Source: an uncultured Gammaproteobacteria bacterium (lineage in GTDB: Bacteria > Patescibacteriota > Patescibacteriia > Patescibacteriales > UBA12465). From it: a DNA stretch of 51,864 bases. This document shows, piece by piece, positions 1 to 9,803 of this stretch. Every line of letters starts with the position of its first letter. The first letter of the stretch is position 1. The translations under genes were made by a program, and so were the position numbers. Where the stretch lies: NCBI GenBank assembly GCA_964645545.1, contig CAZXZR010000002.1, positions 1 through 51,864 on the forward strand, read 5' to 3'. The notes beneath the pieces are model-generated. The model was not told the origin of the DNA, did no database searches, and was given only the letters and a program-made list of their open reading frames with translations.

Positions 1-533
1 AATTCCCGCCCTCAACCCCGCCCTGGCGGCAAAATTTTCCCCAACGCAACCGCATCATTTCCGGCCTCGCCCAAGCGACTTTAATCGTGGAAGCCGGGGA
101 AAAATCCGGCGCTCTAATCACGGCCGCTTGCGCTTTGGAACAAAATCGGGAAGTTTTGGCGGTACCGGGCAACGTCTTTTCGCCCTTTTCCGCCGGCCCA
201 AATAATTTACTTAAAGCTGGCGCCAAAGTTATCACGGACGCGAACGACATTTTAGAAGTTTTCTCTCTAGAACCAGCTTTGAAAGCCGGGGCGAAAAAAA
301 TCCCGCCGACAAAATTAACGTTGTCAAGAGAGTCTGGCTGGCGGCCAGAAAACGAGGCGGAAAAAATAGTCTACGCCTTGATTAAAAAGGCCTCGGAGCG
401 CGGCGAAAAAATCAGCGCCGAGGAAATTATAAAATTATCCCAGCTTGACACGGCGAAAATAAATAGTACACTAAGTATATTAGAGATTAAAGAAATTATC
501 GCCGAGCGCGGCGGTTATGAATTGAAAAACTAA
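1..533 (+). CDS. dprA: DNA-processing protein DprA, C-terminal part (5' end outside window)
   Basis: Frame 3 is open from nt 3. The translation NFPQRNRIISGLAQATLIVEAGEKSGALITAACALEQNREVLAVPGNV matches the conserved DprA core. The listed ORF 87..533 is only the part delimited by an alternative start. Confidence 0.8.
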   Translation, partial: FPPSTPPWRQNFPQRNRIISGLAQATLIVEAGEKSGALITAACALEQNREVLAVPGNVFSPFSAGPNNLLKAGAKVITDANDILEVFSLEPALKAGAKKIPPTKLTLSRESGWRPENEAEKIVYALIKKASERGEKISAEEIIKLSQLDTAKINSTLSILEIKEIIAERGGYELKN

Positions 534-540
534 TTTAATT

Positions 541-2775
541 ATGCCTCTAATTATTGTTGAATCACCAACTAAAGCCAAGACCATCAGCCAATTTTTGGCA
601 AAAAAATATAAAGTGGCCTCGTCTTTCGGCCATATCCGCGATTTGCCGGAAAAGCAAATGGGCGTTGATATCGCCCACGACTTTAAGCCGCAATACGTCA
701 TTCCGCCGCAAGCCAGAAAAACCGTAGCTAGTTTAAAAGCGGCGGCGAAAAAGGCGGATGAAGTTATTCTCGCTTCCGATGAAGATCGTGAAGGCGAAGC
801 GATCGCCTGGCATCTGGCGACCACTTTAGATTTAAAAACCGAACAAACTAAGCGCATTGTTTTCCATGAAATCACCAAAGAGGCGATTTTAAAGGCTCTG
901 GAAAATCCTCGCGCCATTGACCAGCGTCTCGTGGACGCCCAACAAGCACGCCGTATTTTAGACCGCTTGGTCGGCTATGAACTTTCGCCTTTTTTATGGA
1001 AAAAAGTAGCCAAGGGCCTGTCAGCCGGCCGCGTGCAAAGCGTCGCTACCCGCCTGATAGCGGAACGGGAAAGGGAAATTCAAGCTTTTAAAAGCGAAAA
1101 GTATTGGACTTTGACGGCGACTTTGGCGAAAGCGAAAAACCAAGACCGCTTCCAGGCCGATTTGTATAAAATCAATGGTCAAAGTTTCAATAAACTGGCG
1201 ATAAAAAAAGAACGCGCCCAGGATTTGGCAAAGCGCCTCAAGGTCGGCCAATATCAGGTTTTTAAAATTGAAAAAAAACAAATCAATAAACAGCCGGCGC
1301 CGCCATTCACGACTTCCACTTTGCAGCAATCCGCCAATCGCCACTTGGGTTTCAGCGCCAAACAAACAATGTCCGCAGCCCAGAAATTATACGAAGAAGG
1401 CTACATTACCTACATGCGCACCGATTCCTTGAATTTGGCGCCGAAATTTTTGACGGAAGCGAGCCAATGGCTGGAAAAAAATTTGGGTGCCGAGTACGGC
1501 GGCGGCGGACGGGTTTTTAAACATAAAAGCAAAAACGCCCAAGAAGCGCATGAAGCTATTCGGCCGACGACCGTAGCCTTAAGCCCGGAAAAGCTTGACG
1601 GCCAAGTGGATAAAAACCAACAACGTTTATATAGACTGATCTGGCAACGCGCCTTGGCCAGCCAAATGACGGCGGCACGCCTGGCCGCGACAACGATTGA
1701 CGTTGAGGCCACTGATAAAAAAGATGCATATCTCTGCCGCGCCACTGGCCAAACTTTGCTTTTCCCGGGTTATCTAAAAATTTGGCCAGAAAAAACCAAA
1801 GAACAAAGTTTGCCGGCGCTTAAAGAAAAAGAAAATTTGACCCTGCTTGATTTAACCGTGACCGAACACGCCACCAACCCGCCCGCCCGCTATTCCGACG
1901 CCAGCTTAGTCAAGGAATTGGAAAAACATGGGATCGGCCGGCCCTCCACTTACGCCCCGACTATCGCCACTATTATCGCCAGAAACTACGTCAGTCGCGA
2001 CGAAAACAAAAAATTAAAACCGACCGACATTGCCTTTGTGGTTACCGATCTCTTAACCAAACATTTTCCGAAAATCGTGGACTATAAATTCACGGCCGAA
2101 ATGGAAGACGATCTGGATGAAATCGCCCGCGGTGAAAAGGCTTGGGTGCCGGTCATCGCCGAATTCTACGGCGCCTTTCACGACAATTTGGAAAATAAAT
2201 ACCAAGAAATTAAAAAAAGCGAAATTATGCCCGAAGAAAAATCAACTTACGTTTGCGACAAGTGCGGCGCGCCCATGGTCATCAAAACCGGCCGTTACGG
2301 CAAATTTCTGGCCTGCGGCGCCTTTCCCAAATGCCGCAATATCAAAAAATTGCCGGGAACGGAAAACGGCAATGGCGACCAAAACGAGCCCGACAAAACT
2401 CTTCTGGAACTGCAGGAAAAATACAAAAGCGAAGTCTGCGACAAATGCGGTTCACCTATGGTCGTTAAAACTGGCCGCTACGGACCTTTTCTGGCCTGCG
2501 GCGCCTTTCCCAAATGTAAAAACATCAAAAATATTTCCGCCGGCGGCAAGGAAATAACTTGCCTGGTCTGCGGCAGCGGCAAAATCGTGAAGAAATTCAG
2601 CCACCGCGGCGCTTTCTGGGCCTGCAGCAATTACCCGAACTGCAAAAACGCCTACTGGGGCGAGCCGACCGGAGAAAAATGCCCCGATTGCGGCGCCCTA
2701 TTGATAAAAGATCGCAAAGGTCAAGTAAAATGCAGCGATCGGGATTGCGGGCATAAGGGGCAAATTGTTACTTAA
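541..2775 (+). CDS. topA: DNA topoisomerase I with four C-terminal zinc-ribbon modules
   Basis: 744 aa. Toprim N-terminus MPLIIVESPTKAKTI, EGEAIAWH, and the active-site Tyr region YITYMRTDS. The C-terminus has four CxxC...CxxC modules. Confidence 0.95.
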   Translation: MPLIIVESPTKAKTISQFLAKKYKVASSFGHIRDLPEKQMGVDIAHDFKPQYVIPPQARKTVASLKAAAKKADEVILASDEDREGEAIAWHLATTLDLKTEQTKRIVFHEITKEAILKALENPRAIDQRLVDAQQARRILDRLVGYELSPFLWKKVAKGLSAGRVQSVATRLIAEREREIQAFKSEKYWTLTATLAKAKNQDRFQADLYKINGQSFNKLAIKKERAQDLAKRLKVGQYQVFKIEKKQINKQPAPPFTTSTLQQSANRHLGFSAKQTMSAAQKLYEEGYITYMRTDSLNLAPKFLTEASQWLEKNLGAEYGGGGRVFKHKSKNAQEAHEAIRPTTVALSPEKLDGQVDKNQQRLYRLIWQRALASQMTAARLAATTIDVEATDKKDAYLCRATGQTLLFPGYLKIWPEKTKEQSLPALKEKENLTLLDLTVTEHATNPPARYSDASLVKELEKHGIGRPSTYAPTIATIIARNYVSRDENKKLKPTDIAFVVTDLLTKHFPKIVDYKFTAEMEDDLDEIARGEKAWVPVIAEFYGAFHDNLENKYQEIKKSEIMPEEKSTYVCDKCGAPMVIKTGRYGKFLACGAFPKCRNIKKLPGTENGNGDQNEPDKTLLELQEKYKSEVCDKCGSPMVVKTGRYGPFLACGAFPKCKNIKNISAGGKEITCLVCGSGKIVKKFSHRGAFWACSNYPNCKNAYWGEPTGEKCPDCGALLIKDRKGQVKCSDRDCGHKGQIVT
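2254..2532 (+). repeat. Internal tandem duplication inside topA (two near-identical zinc-ribbon modules, period ~183 nt)
   Basis: CDKCGAPMVIKTGRYGKFLACGAFPKCRNIKK and CDKCGSPMVVKTGRYGPFLACGAFPKCKNIKN. At nucleotide level they share the identical run ttctggcctgcggcgcctttcccaaatg. Confidence 0.7.
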
Positions 2776-2837
2776 ATTAAATGGGGTAAAAACATTTAAA
2801 CAAAGTATCAAACACTTATTTTATCAAATCAAACAAA

Positions 2838-2867
2838 AAAGAACTCCCTCGTCGAAGTTCTTTTTTT
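2838..2867. terminator. Bidirectional intrinsic terminator between topA and the convergent small ORF
   Basis: Stem aagaact/agttctt with a 10-nt loop, flanked by an A-run on the left and a T-run on the right. Confidence 0.5.
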
Positions 2868-2886
2868 ATTTCTTTAACTTTTTCAT

Positions 2887-3168
2887 CTATCGTTTCTTGG
2901 CCGCCCTTTTCTTCTCCACGAATTCCATCGCTTTCTTGGCAATCTCGCCCAAAAGCATAAAATAGGTGCCGCTCTTTTTCAATTTACTCTTGGCTATTTC
3001 CACCACTTCTTCCGCCTTGGCTACGGCGGCTTGGGCCTTTTTAGCCAAGCGGTGGATGCGATGCAGGCTGACGACGAGATAAAAAATCGCCCAGCAAAGG
3101 AAAAAGGTCAAAAGGATCACGCAAATGGCGAGAACCAAATTTAAAATGTCAGAGGAAGTAGAAAACAT
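2887..3168 (-). CDS. Small membrane-anchored protein with a charged helical tail (DUF948-like by feel)
   Basis: 93 aa. One N-terminal TM (LVLAICVILLTFFLCWAIFYLVV) followed by a K/A/E-rich helix. No family assignment possible from motifs. Confidence 0.5.
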   Translation of the reverse strand: MFSTSSDILNLVLAICVILLTFFLCWAIFYLVVSLHRIHRLAKKAQAAVAKAEEVVEIAKSKLKKSGTYFMLLGEIAKKAMEFVEKKRAAKKR

Positions 3169-3179
3169 ATGATTGAATA

Positions 3180-5612
3180 TTAAAAATCTCTTAATTTTGC
3201 GCCAAACTTCTTGGCTAAATGCGCCATTAACTCATTTTGCACCTTATCAACTTCGGCCGCCGTCAAAGTTCTATCCACGGCCTGATAAGTCAAGTGGAAA
3301 GCCAAGCTTTTTTTGCCGGCCGGCAATTTTTCTCCCTGATAAAAGTCAAATATCTCTATATCTTTTAGTAAAGGGCTAAAGGCGCTTAATTCCACCTCAA
3401 TATCATTATACAATATTTCCGCGTCCACGACAAAAGCCAAGTCGCGCCTGACCGCCGGATATTTCGCCGACTCCCGCAAACGAAATGGCGGTGCATTCAA
3501 AATCAAATTAACCAAAAGACTAAAATTTATTTCCGCCACTGCCACCGCCTTTTTTAAGTTTAAATTAAGACTGGCCGTCGGGTTGACTAAGGCAATTAAG
3601 CCGATTTCTTTATGACCCGCTTTTATTTTGGCCACGGCTTTTTTATCGGCCCAAGCCGGCATCTCCTCCGCTAAGGAAAATCCCCAAGGCGATGCCGCAG
3701 GAGCGAAAGTCAGCCAAAGATTATTAATCAGGCCTTTTAAGCGAGAAAATAGGCCGCCGTTTGCGCCCGCCAAAACCAAACCCAAACGCTTTTCCTGGTA
3801 AGGCAGAACCTCTTCGCCGGCGGCCTCTTTCTTTATTTCTCCCGGCGCTTGAAAAAAGACGCGGCCGATCTCAAAGAAACCTAATTCCGCCGCCTTGGCT
3901 TGATTATTTTTAATATTATTCAACAAACCGGGAACCAATGACTGGCGTAAAAAACTTTGCGTATCGGCTAAAGGATTGGCCAGTCTTAAATGATGAAAAA
4001 AATCAATGTCTAATTTTTTCAACTGCTCGGCGCCGACGAAAGAATAATTATAAACTTCGCTTAAAGCGTATTTTAAAGCCAAGACCGTCTTGACTCGCCT
4101 TTCCAAGCGTTTCCCCCAATCAATTGCCGGCAGAGTCAAGGGCATCACCGGCAAACGGGAAGTAACGCGATCGTAGCCATAAAGCCTTAGTATCTCTTCG
4201 GCTAAATCTTCCTTGGCGACGACGTCTTTATTGGCCCGCCAAGAAGGGACGGTGACTTGCATCAAGCCCGTCGGCGCCAACGCGACCTTGAAGCCCAATT
4301 TTTCCAAAAGGGCGCTGGCCGCGGAAGCGGGAATTTCCTGACCAATTTTTCGCGCCAACCATCGGGCGGTCAAATCAATGACCACTGGCCGCGGAGTCGC
4401 TTGGTTAACATCAATTAAGGCACTGATGATCTTCATTTCCGGACAAAGTTTTTCCAATAAAGTCAGAAAACGCTTGAGACCGACTGGCGCCAGTTCCGGA
4501 TCCAAAGATTTTTCAAAACGCATGGAGGCTTCCGTGCGCAAATTTAATTTCTGCGCCGTGCGCCTAACGGCCGGAGCGGAAAAATTGGCCGCCTCCAAAA
4601 CTAAAGCGGTCGTAGTCGGAAAAATTTCGCTGGCTCGGCCGCCCATGACGCCGGCAATGGCTAAAACTTTTTTCCCGTCGGTGATAACCAGGTCATTTTC
4701 GTCCAATTCCCGTTCCTCGTCGTCCAAAGTTTCCAAACTTTCGTTTTTTTTCGCCCGCCGCACGATGAGGCTTTCCGCCCGAGCGGCGTCAAAAGCATGC
4801 AAGGGCTGACCGCACTCTAACATCACGTAATTGGTTAAATCAACGATATTGTTTATCGGCCGTTGACCGACGGCGATCAATCTTTCCTGAAGCCAGGCCG
4901 GCGATTCACCGACACTGATATTTTCCACTTTGACCGCCAAATAACGAGGGCAGAGCTCCTTGTCTTCCACTTTTACCACTAATTTGTTCTCCTTAGCGCT
5001 TAAAAAGGCTAATGACTTTTTAAAAAACTTATCGTAGGCTTTGAGCGGCCGGTCAAAAATAGCCGCTAATTCGCGGGCCAGGCCATAATGGCTCCAGAGA
5101 TCAGGCCGGTTGGACAGAGACTTGTTATCCACTTCCAAAACAGTATCATCGGTGCCTAAATAATCGGCCAAAGACTGACCGACTTTGGCTCGCGCCTCTA
5201 AAACCAAAATGCCTTCATGGCTCGCGCCCAGTCCGAGCTCGTCGGCGGCGCAAATCATGCCGGCTGATTTCTCGCCGCGGATTTCCGCGGCTTTAATTTC
5301 TAAACCGTTCGCCAAAACCGCGCCCGCCAAAGCCACGGCGACCAATTGCCCCCGGGCGACGTTCGGCGCGCCGCAAACGATGGCTAAAACCGAATCTTTA
5401 ATATCCACTTTGGTTAAAAACAGCTTATCGGCGCGCGGATGTTTTTTTACTTCCAAAACCTTGCCCACGACCACGTTTTTAAAACGCTCCGCCGGCCGAC
5501 TAAAACTTTCCACTTCCACGGTATGGGCCGTCAACTGATCCGCGATTTCCGCGGCTTTTGTTTTCGCCGGCAATTTAACGAAGTCTTTAAGCCAATTTAA
5601 AGATATATACAT
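3180..5612 (-). CDS. pheT: Phenylalanine--tRNA ligase beta subunit
   Basis: The 818-aa ORF is 3180..5636. The typical PheT N-terminus MYISLNWLKDF starts at the ATG at 5612, which leaves 4 nt after the pheS stop. Contains the tRNA-binding, B3/4, B5 and C-terminal FDX-ACB-like regions. Confidence 0.92.
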   Translation of the reverse strand: MYISLNWLKDFVKLPAKTKAAEIADQLTAHTVEVESFSRPAERFKNVVVGKVLEVKKHPRADKLFLTKVDIKDSVLAIVCGAPNVARGQLVAVALAGAVLANGLEIKAAEIRGEKSAGMICAADELGLGASHEGILVLEARAKVGQSLADYLGTDDTVLEVDNKSLSNRPDLWSHYGLARELAAIFDRPLKAYDKFFKKSLAFLSAKENKLVVKVEDKELCPRYLAVKVENISVGESPAWLQERLIAVGQRPINNIVDLTNYVMLECGQPLHAFDAARAESLIVRRAKKNESLETLDDEERELDENDLVITDGKKVLAIAGVMGGRASEIFPTTTALVLEAANFSAPAVRRTAQKLNLRTEASMRFEKSLDPELAPVGLKRFLTLLEKLCPEMKIISALIDVNQATPRPVVIDLTARWLARKIGQEIPASAASALLEKLGFKVALAPTGLMQVTVPSWRANKDVVAKEDLAEEILRLYGYDRVTSRLPVMPLTLPAIDWGKRLERRVKTVLALKYALSEVYNYSFVGAEQLKKLDIDFFHHLRLANPLADTQSFLRQSLVPGLLNNIKNNQAKAAELGFFEIGRVFFQAPGEIKKEAAGEEVLPYQEKRLGLVLAGANGGLFSRLKGLINNLWLTFAPAASPWGFSLAEEMPAWADKKAVAKIKAGHKEIGLIALVNPTASLNLNLKKAVAVAEINFSLLVNLILNAPPFRLRESAKYPAVRRDLAFVVDAEILYNDIEVELSAFSPLLKDIEIFDFYQGEKLPAGKKSLAFHLTYQAVDRTLTAAEVDKVQNELMAHLAKKFGAKLRDF

Positions 5613-5616
5613 ATGT

Positions 5617-6651
5617 TTACCAAGAAAATTGTTCAAGAAACTTTAAATCCCCGGCCATAAACAAGCGGACGTCGGCAATATTATATTTAAGCATAGCCAA
5701 ACGATTAAGGCCGAAGCCGAAAGCCAGACCGGAATAGACTTCCGGATCTAGGCCGCCAGCTCTTAAAACATGAGGATGAACTAAGCCGGCGCCGGCGATT
5801 TCCAGCCAACCGCTGTACTTGCAGACGCGACAGCCTTTGCCCTCGCACAAAAAGCAGGAATACTCGGCGTTATTACCCGGCTCCACGAAAGGATAGTATT
5901 TGGGGCGCAGACGCATACGCGAATCCGGACCGAATAAACTTTTCCCGACGATTTCCAAAAGGCTTTTTAAGTGGGCAAAGCTAATTTCCTTGTCCACCAC
6001 CAAACCTTCTAAATGATAAAAAGTATGTTCATGGCGGGCATCGGTGGCTTCACTGCGAAAACAGCGGCCGGGAATGATAACGCGCAAAGGCGCGCCATAT
6101 TTTTGCATGGCCCTGACCTGCACCGGCGAAGTGTGGGTTCTTAAAAGCAAGTCGTATTGACCCGCCCTATTCTTCGCTTCCACGTAAAAAGTATCCTGCA
6201 TGTCGCGGGCCGGATGATAAGGCGGGATGTTTAAGGCCGTGAAATTATAATAATCGCTTTCTAATTCCGGTCCGTCGGCGATAATAAAACCCAAGGAAGC
6301 GAACAAATCTTGTAATTCGTTTTCCACAATGGTTAAGGGATTTAAATGTCCCTCTTTAACCGACTGGCCCGGCAAACTAACGTCTATAATCTCATTTTTA
6401 CGACCGCGGCCAAGCAAGCTCTCGCTTAAAGCGCTGAATTTATGCCCAAGCTCCTCTTTTATTTTATTGGCCAATTCGCCTGCCTCTTTTTTCGCATTCT
6501 CGGGCAAATCTTTCAGGCCGCGCATAAGCTGATTAAGTTCACCTTTGCGCGACAGGTATTTAAGTTCTACAGCACGTAACTGTTCGCTGTCTTTGATCTG
6601 GGCCAATTGCTTAAGGAATTTTTCCTTGAGAGTTTGTAATTTGTTTTTCAT
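5617..6651 (-). CDS. pheS: Phenylalanine--tRNA ligase alpha subunit
   Basis: 344 aa with class II motifs, including YHPARDMQDTFY and GLAFGFGLNRLAM. Confidence 0.95.
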   Translation of the reverse strand: MKNKLQTLKEKFLKQLAQIKDSEQLRAVELKYLSRKGELNQLMRGLKDLPENAKKEAGELANKIKEELGHKFSALSESLLGRGRKNEIIDVSLPGQSVKEGHLNPLTIVENELQDLFASLGFIIADGPELESDYYNFTALNIPPYHPARDMQDTFYVEAKNRAGQYDLLLRTHTSPVQVRAMQKYGAPLRVIIPGRCFRSEATDARHEHTFYHLEGLVVDKEISFAHLKSLLEIVGKSLFGPDSRMRLRPKYYPFVEPGNNAEYSCFLCEGKGCRVCKYSGWLEIAGAGLVHPHVLRAGGLDPEVYSGLAFGFGLNRLAMLKYNIADVRLFMAGDLKFLEQFSW

Positions 6652-6655
6652 ATAA

Positions 6656-7036
6656 TTAACGGCTTTTTTTATAACTGATTGAAAATAATTCCAAAATCGC
6701 GAAAATTATTACCAACAGCGAGAGGTTAAGCCAAGTAAAAAGATTCTGTGATTTTAGAAACAAAAGAAAAATGATAAATAAAGAAAAAAGGAAAGATTGG
6801 CGAAAAGCGAGTTTGACCGAGTTGAAAGCCAGTTCTTTTCTTAAAGCGACAAAACGGATCAAAAAACCGACAATGGCGGCTAAACCGCTTAAAGCCAAAG
6901 ATAAGGCCAAGTAAAACAAAACGAAACCAAGCCAATTGGTGGCCGTCGGATCCACCAAACCGACAACAAAAGCGAATATCCCCCAACAAACGAGGGTTAA
7001 AACGCTCATCACGACTAAATAGCTCCTTAAAGTCAT
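6656..7036 (-). CDS. Small polytopic membrane protein (about 4 TM), unknown function
   Basis: 126 aa with four hydrophobic segments. Its start overlaps the valS stop as ATGA (7033-7036), suggesting translational coupling. Confidence 0.55.
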   Translation of the reverse strand: MTLRSYLVVMSVLTLVCWGIFAFVVGLVDPTATNWLGFVLFYLALSLALSGLAAIVGFLIRFVALRKELAFNSVKLAFRQSFLFSLFIIFLLFLKSQNLFTWLNLSLLVIIFAILELFSISYKKSR

Positions 7037-9702
7037 AACGCCTTGATCATTTTAATTATTTTTTCTAATTCTTGCTGATAAGCGGCTAATTTTTCTTTTT
7101 CCCGAGCCACGATTTTCGCCGGCGCTTTGGCGATAAATTCAGCCTGGGCCAGTTTTTGCTTCTGTAAAATGATTAGCTTCTCTAAATTCGCGCTTTCTTT
7201 AAGTAAACGATCTTTTTCTTCTTTAACATCTATTAAATTTCTTTCTCCGGAAAGATAAATTTCTATCGCGCCGACTACGAGCATAATATCGGCGGTAATT
7301 TTTGGCCGTTTCTCCAAAAATTCAATACTCTTTAGACCGGTTCGCAAAGATATTATTAGTTCGCGCTGATCTATTATATTGTCCGGCTCGCCTTTTGGTA
7401 AATAAATTTGTGCTTTTAAAAGTTTTTTCGGGTCTATTTTATGCTCTTGCCGAGCGTTTCTAATTTTTTCTATTATCGCAATCGTTTTAGTAATAATCCG
7501 CCATTCCGTCCGATTCTTCGGTCTTTCGCTCTGTTCAAATTTCGGCCATCTTTCCACTAATAATAAAGTTCCATTATTCTTTTCATTACTCTCATCAAGC
7601 CTCTGCCAAATAGTTTCAGTAATAAAAGGAGTAAAGGGATGCCAAAGAATAAGTAAATTTTTTAATAAATAAATTAAAATTTCTTCTTTATTTTTTTCAA
7701 TTTTAGCCACTTCTAAATACCAATCGGCTAATTTATTCCAAGTAAAATCCTCTAAATCTTCTGCGGCTAAAGAAAAATTAAAATTATTCAAATTACTCGC
7801 GGTTCTAAAAATCAACTGGGACATTTCTTCTAAAATCCACTTGTCAAAAAATGTTTTCCCGACTGGTTCTTTGCCCGCCGTCCTTTTAAAATACTCCTCA
7901 CCGGAGAGGCTAAGAATAAAGCGAGAAATGTTCCACAATTTATTAATAAAATTTCGCTTGGCCGCCACTTTTTTTTCATAGAAGCGGGCATCGTTGCCCG
8001 GCGTGTAACCGGCCAGAAGCGATAGGCGGGCGGCGTCGGCGCCGTACTTACTAACCATATCGGTCAGATCAATGCCGTTGCCTTTGGATTTAGACATCTT
8101 TTTACCTTTTTCGTCCAAAATCGTGCCGTGCAAATAAACGTTTTCAAAAGGGATTTCGCCCAAAGCGAAAAACGACATCATGACCATGCGCGACACCCAA
8201 AGAGTCAAAATTTCATAACCGGTTTCTAAAACTTGCGTAGGGTGGAAGCGGGCCAAATCGCCCATCTTCTCCCCATTCTTGTAATTTTCCGGCCAACCGA
8301 GGGTGGAAAAAGTCCACATACCGGAAGAAAACCAAGTATCCAAGGTATCGGGATCCTGCTGCCAGCCCGCTCCGGCTGGCGGCGTCAAGCCGATATAAGT
8401 TTCTTCGCCTTGGTACCAAACGGGAATTTGATGGCCGAACCAAATCTGCCGGGAAATACACCAATCATGGAGATCTTCTAGCCAAGCCAAATAACGCTTC
8501 TGAAAACGTCCGGGAATAAATTTAACGGCGCCACTCCTAGCCGCCTCCCCGGCTTTCTCTTTTAAAGATTTATTGCCCAAATGCGCCAGTTTCTTGTCCA
8601 CGGCGACGAACCACTGCTTGGAAGGCAAAGGTTCAATGGCCGTGCCGCAACGGTAGCAAACCGCCAAATTGTTATTAATCTCCTCTTCTTTAATAAGGAG
8701 GCCGCGTTTTTTTAATTTCGCCACCAATTTTTCACGCGCTTTAGCCGCCGTCAAACCGGCATAAAGTCCGAAGCCCGTCTGGATACAGCCGGTCTCGTTA
8801 ATCACTTTTATAACCGGCAATTTGTTGGCTTGCGCCATTTGCCAGTCAGTTAAAGAGTGCGCCGGCGTCACCCCCAGGGCGCCCGTGCCGTAACTCATAT
8901 CCACCCTTCTCTCGGCGATAATCTTTACGGACAAGCTTTGGCCGCAAAAATCAAACTGGAATTGCCGGCCGATATATTTTTTATAGCGTTCGTCTTTGGG
9001 ATTAACGGCCACGGCCGTATCCCCAAGCTTGGTTTCCGGCCGGGTAGTGGCGATGGCGAAGGGAAAATCGGGATTGTATTTAAAAATATAAAATTTGGCT
9101 TTTTGCTCTTTGTGCTCCACTTCATCGTCGGCCAAAGTAGAATGACAGCGTGGGCACCAATTGACGATGCGTTCGCCGCGATAAATCGCACCCGCCTCAT
9201 ACATGTCTTTAAACATGGTCGCCACAGCCAACTGCCGCTTTTCATCCAAAGTGAAAGCCAAGCGCGACCAATCTAAAGAAGCGCCCAACTGGCGAATTTG
9301 GCCTAAAATCGTCGTCCGCGTCTCTTTTAAAAACTTCCAGACTTCGGCCAAAAATGCTTCCCGACCCAAATCTTGCCGCGTCCGACCCTTTTCTTTCAAA
9401 AGTTTTTTCTCCACCACGTTTTGCGTGGCGATAGCGGCGTGGTCCGTGCCCGGCAACCACAAGGCCCGCTCGCCCAATAAGCGGTGATAACGAATTAACA
9501 GGTCTTCTATTGCTATTGTGGCGGCATGACCCATGTGCAATTTGTCGGTAACGTTGGGCGGCGGCAAAATAATGGTGTAAGTTTTGGCCGTTTCTGGTAA
9601 ATCTAAATTATCCGGGTTAAAATACCCGGATGCCTCCCATAATTTATAGATTTTATCCTCGTTTTCCAGGGGATTATAGGTCTTTTCCAATTCTTGTGGC
9701 AT
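7033..9702 (-). CDS. valS: Valine--tRNA ligase (full length, Cys-cluster type, with C-terminal coiled-coil)
   Basis: 889 aa. HIGH region PPPNVTDKLHMGHA, PGTDHAAIATQ, KMSKSKGN. Cys motifs CPRCHS and CYRCGT. Long C-terminal coiled-coil ending EKLAAYQQELEKIIKMIKAL. Confidence 0.95.
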   Translation of the reverse strand: MPQELEKTYNPLENEDKIYKLWEASGYFNPDNLDLPETAKTYTIILPPPNVTDKLHMGHAATIAIEDLLIRYHRLLGERALWLPGTDHAAIATQNVVEKKLLKEKGRTRQDLGREAFLAEVWKFLKETRTTILGQIRQLGASLDWSRLAFTLDEKRQLAVATMFKDMYEAGAIYRGERIVNWCPRCHSTLADDEVEHKEQKAKFYIFKYNPDFPFAIATTRPETKLGDTAVAVNPKDERYKKYIGRQFQFDFCGQSLSVKIIAERRVDMSYGTGALGVTPAHSLTDWQMAQANKLPVIKVINETGCIQTGFGLYAGLTAAKAREKLVAKLKKRGLLIKEEEINNNLAVCYRCGTAIEPLPSKQWFVAVDKKLAHLGNKSLKEKAGEAARSGAVKFIPGRFQKRYLAWLEDLHDWCISRQIWFGHQIPVWYQGEETYIGLTPPAGAGWQQDPDTLDTWFSSGMWTFSTLGWPENYKNGEKMGDLARFHPTQVLETGYEILTLWVSRMVMMSFFALGEIPFENVYLHGTILDEKGKKMSKSKGNGIDLTDMVSKYGADAARLSLLAGYTPGNDARFYEKKVAAKRNFINKLWNISRFILSLSGEEYFKRTAGKEPVGKTFFDKWILEEMSQLIFRTASNLNNFNFSLAAEDLEDFTWNKLADWYLEVAKIEKNKEEILIYLLKNLLILWHPFTPFITETIWQRLDESNEKNNGTLLLVERWPKFEQSERPKNRTEWRIITKTIAIIEKIRNARQEHKIDPKKLLKAQIYLPKGEPDNIIDQRELIISLRTGLKSIEFLEKRPKITADIMLVVGAIEIYLSGERNLIDVKEEKDRLLKESANLEKLIILQKQKLAQAEFIAKAPAKIVAREKEKLAAYQQELEKIIKMIKAL

Positions 9703-9749
9703 AATTTAAAATTACCAAAAAATCGCTTCTAAGTCAATGGAAAATAGGC

Positions 9750-9778
9750 TTGACTCGCCCAAAAAATAATTATATATT
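9750..9778 (+). promoter_or_regulatory. Sigma70-like promoter for the DHH-family gene
   Basis: TTGACT (9750-9755), 17-nt spacer, TATATT (9773-9778). The TTG that opens the listed ORF is part of the -35 hexamer. Confidence 0.4.
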
Positions 9779-9803
9779 AAAGGGTCTAACTCAAGCCAAT
9801 AAC

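Noticed and set aside
480-917. 145-aa minus-strand ORF spanning the dprA-topA junction, and other short antisense ORFs inside topA, pheT, valS, glmS and PBP
   Set aside because: All lie opposite or out of frame to genes with strong motif support. They have biased, low-complexity composition and no SD sequences.
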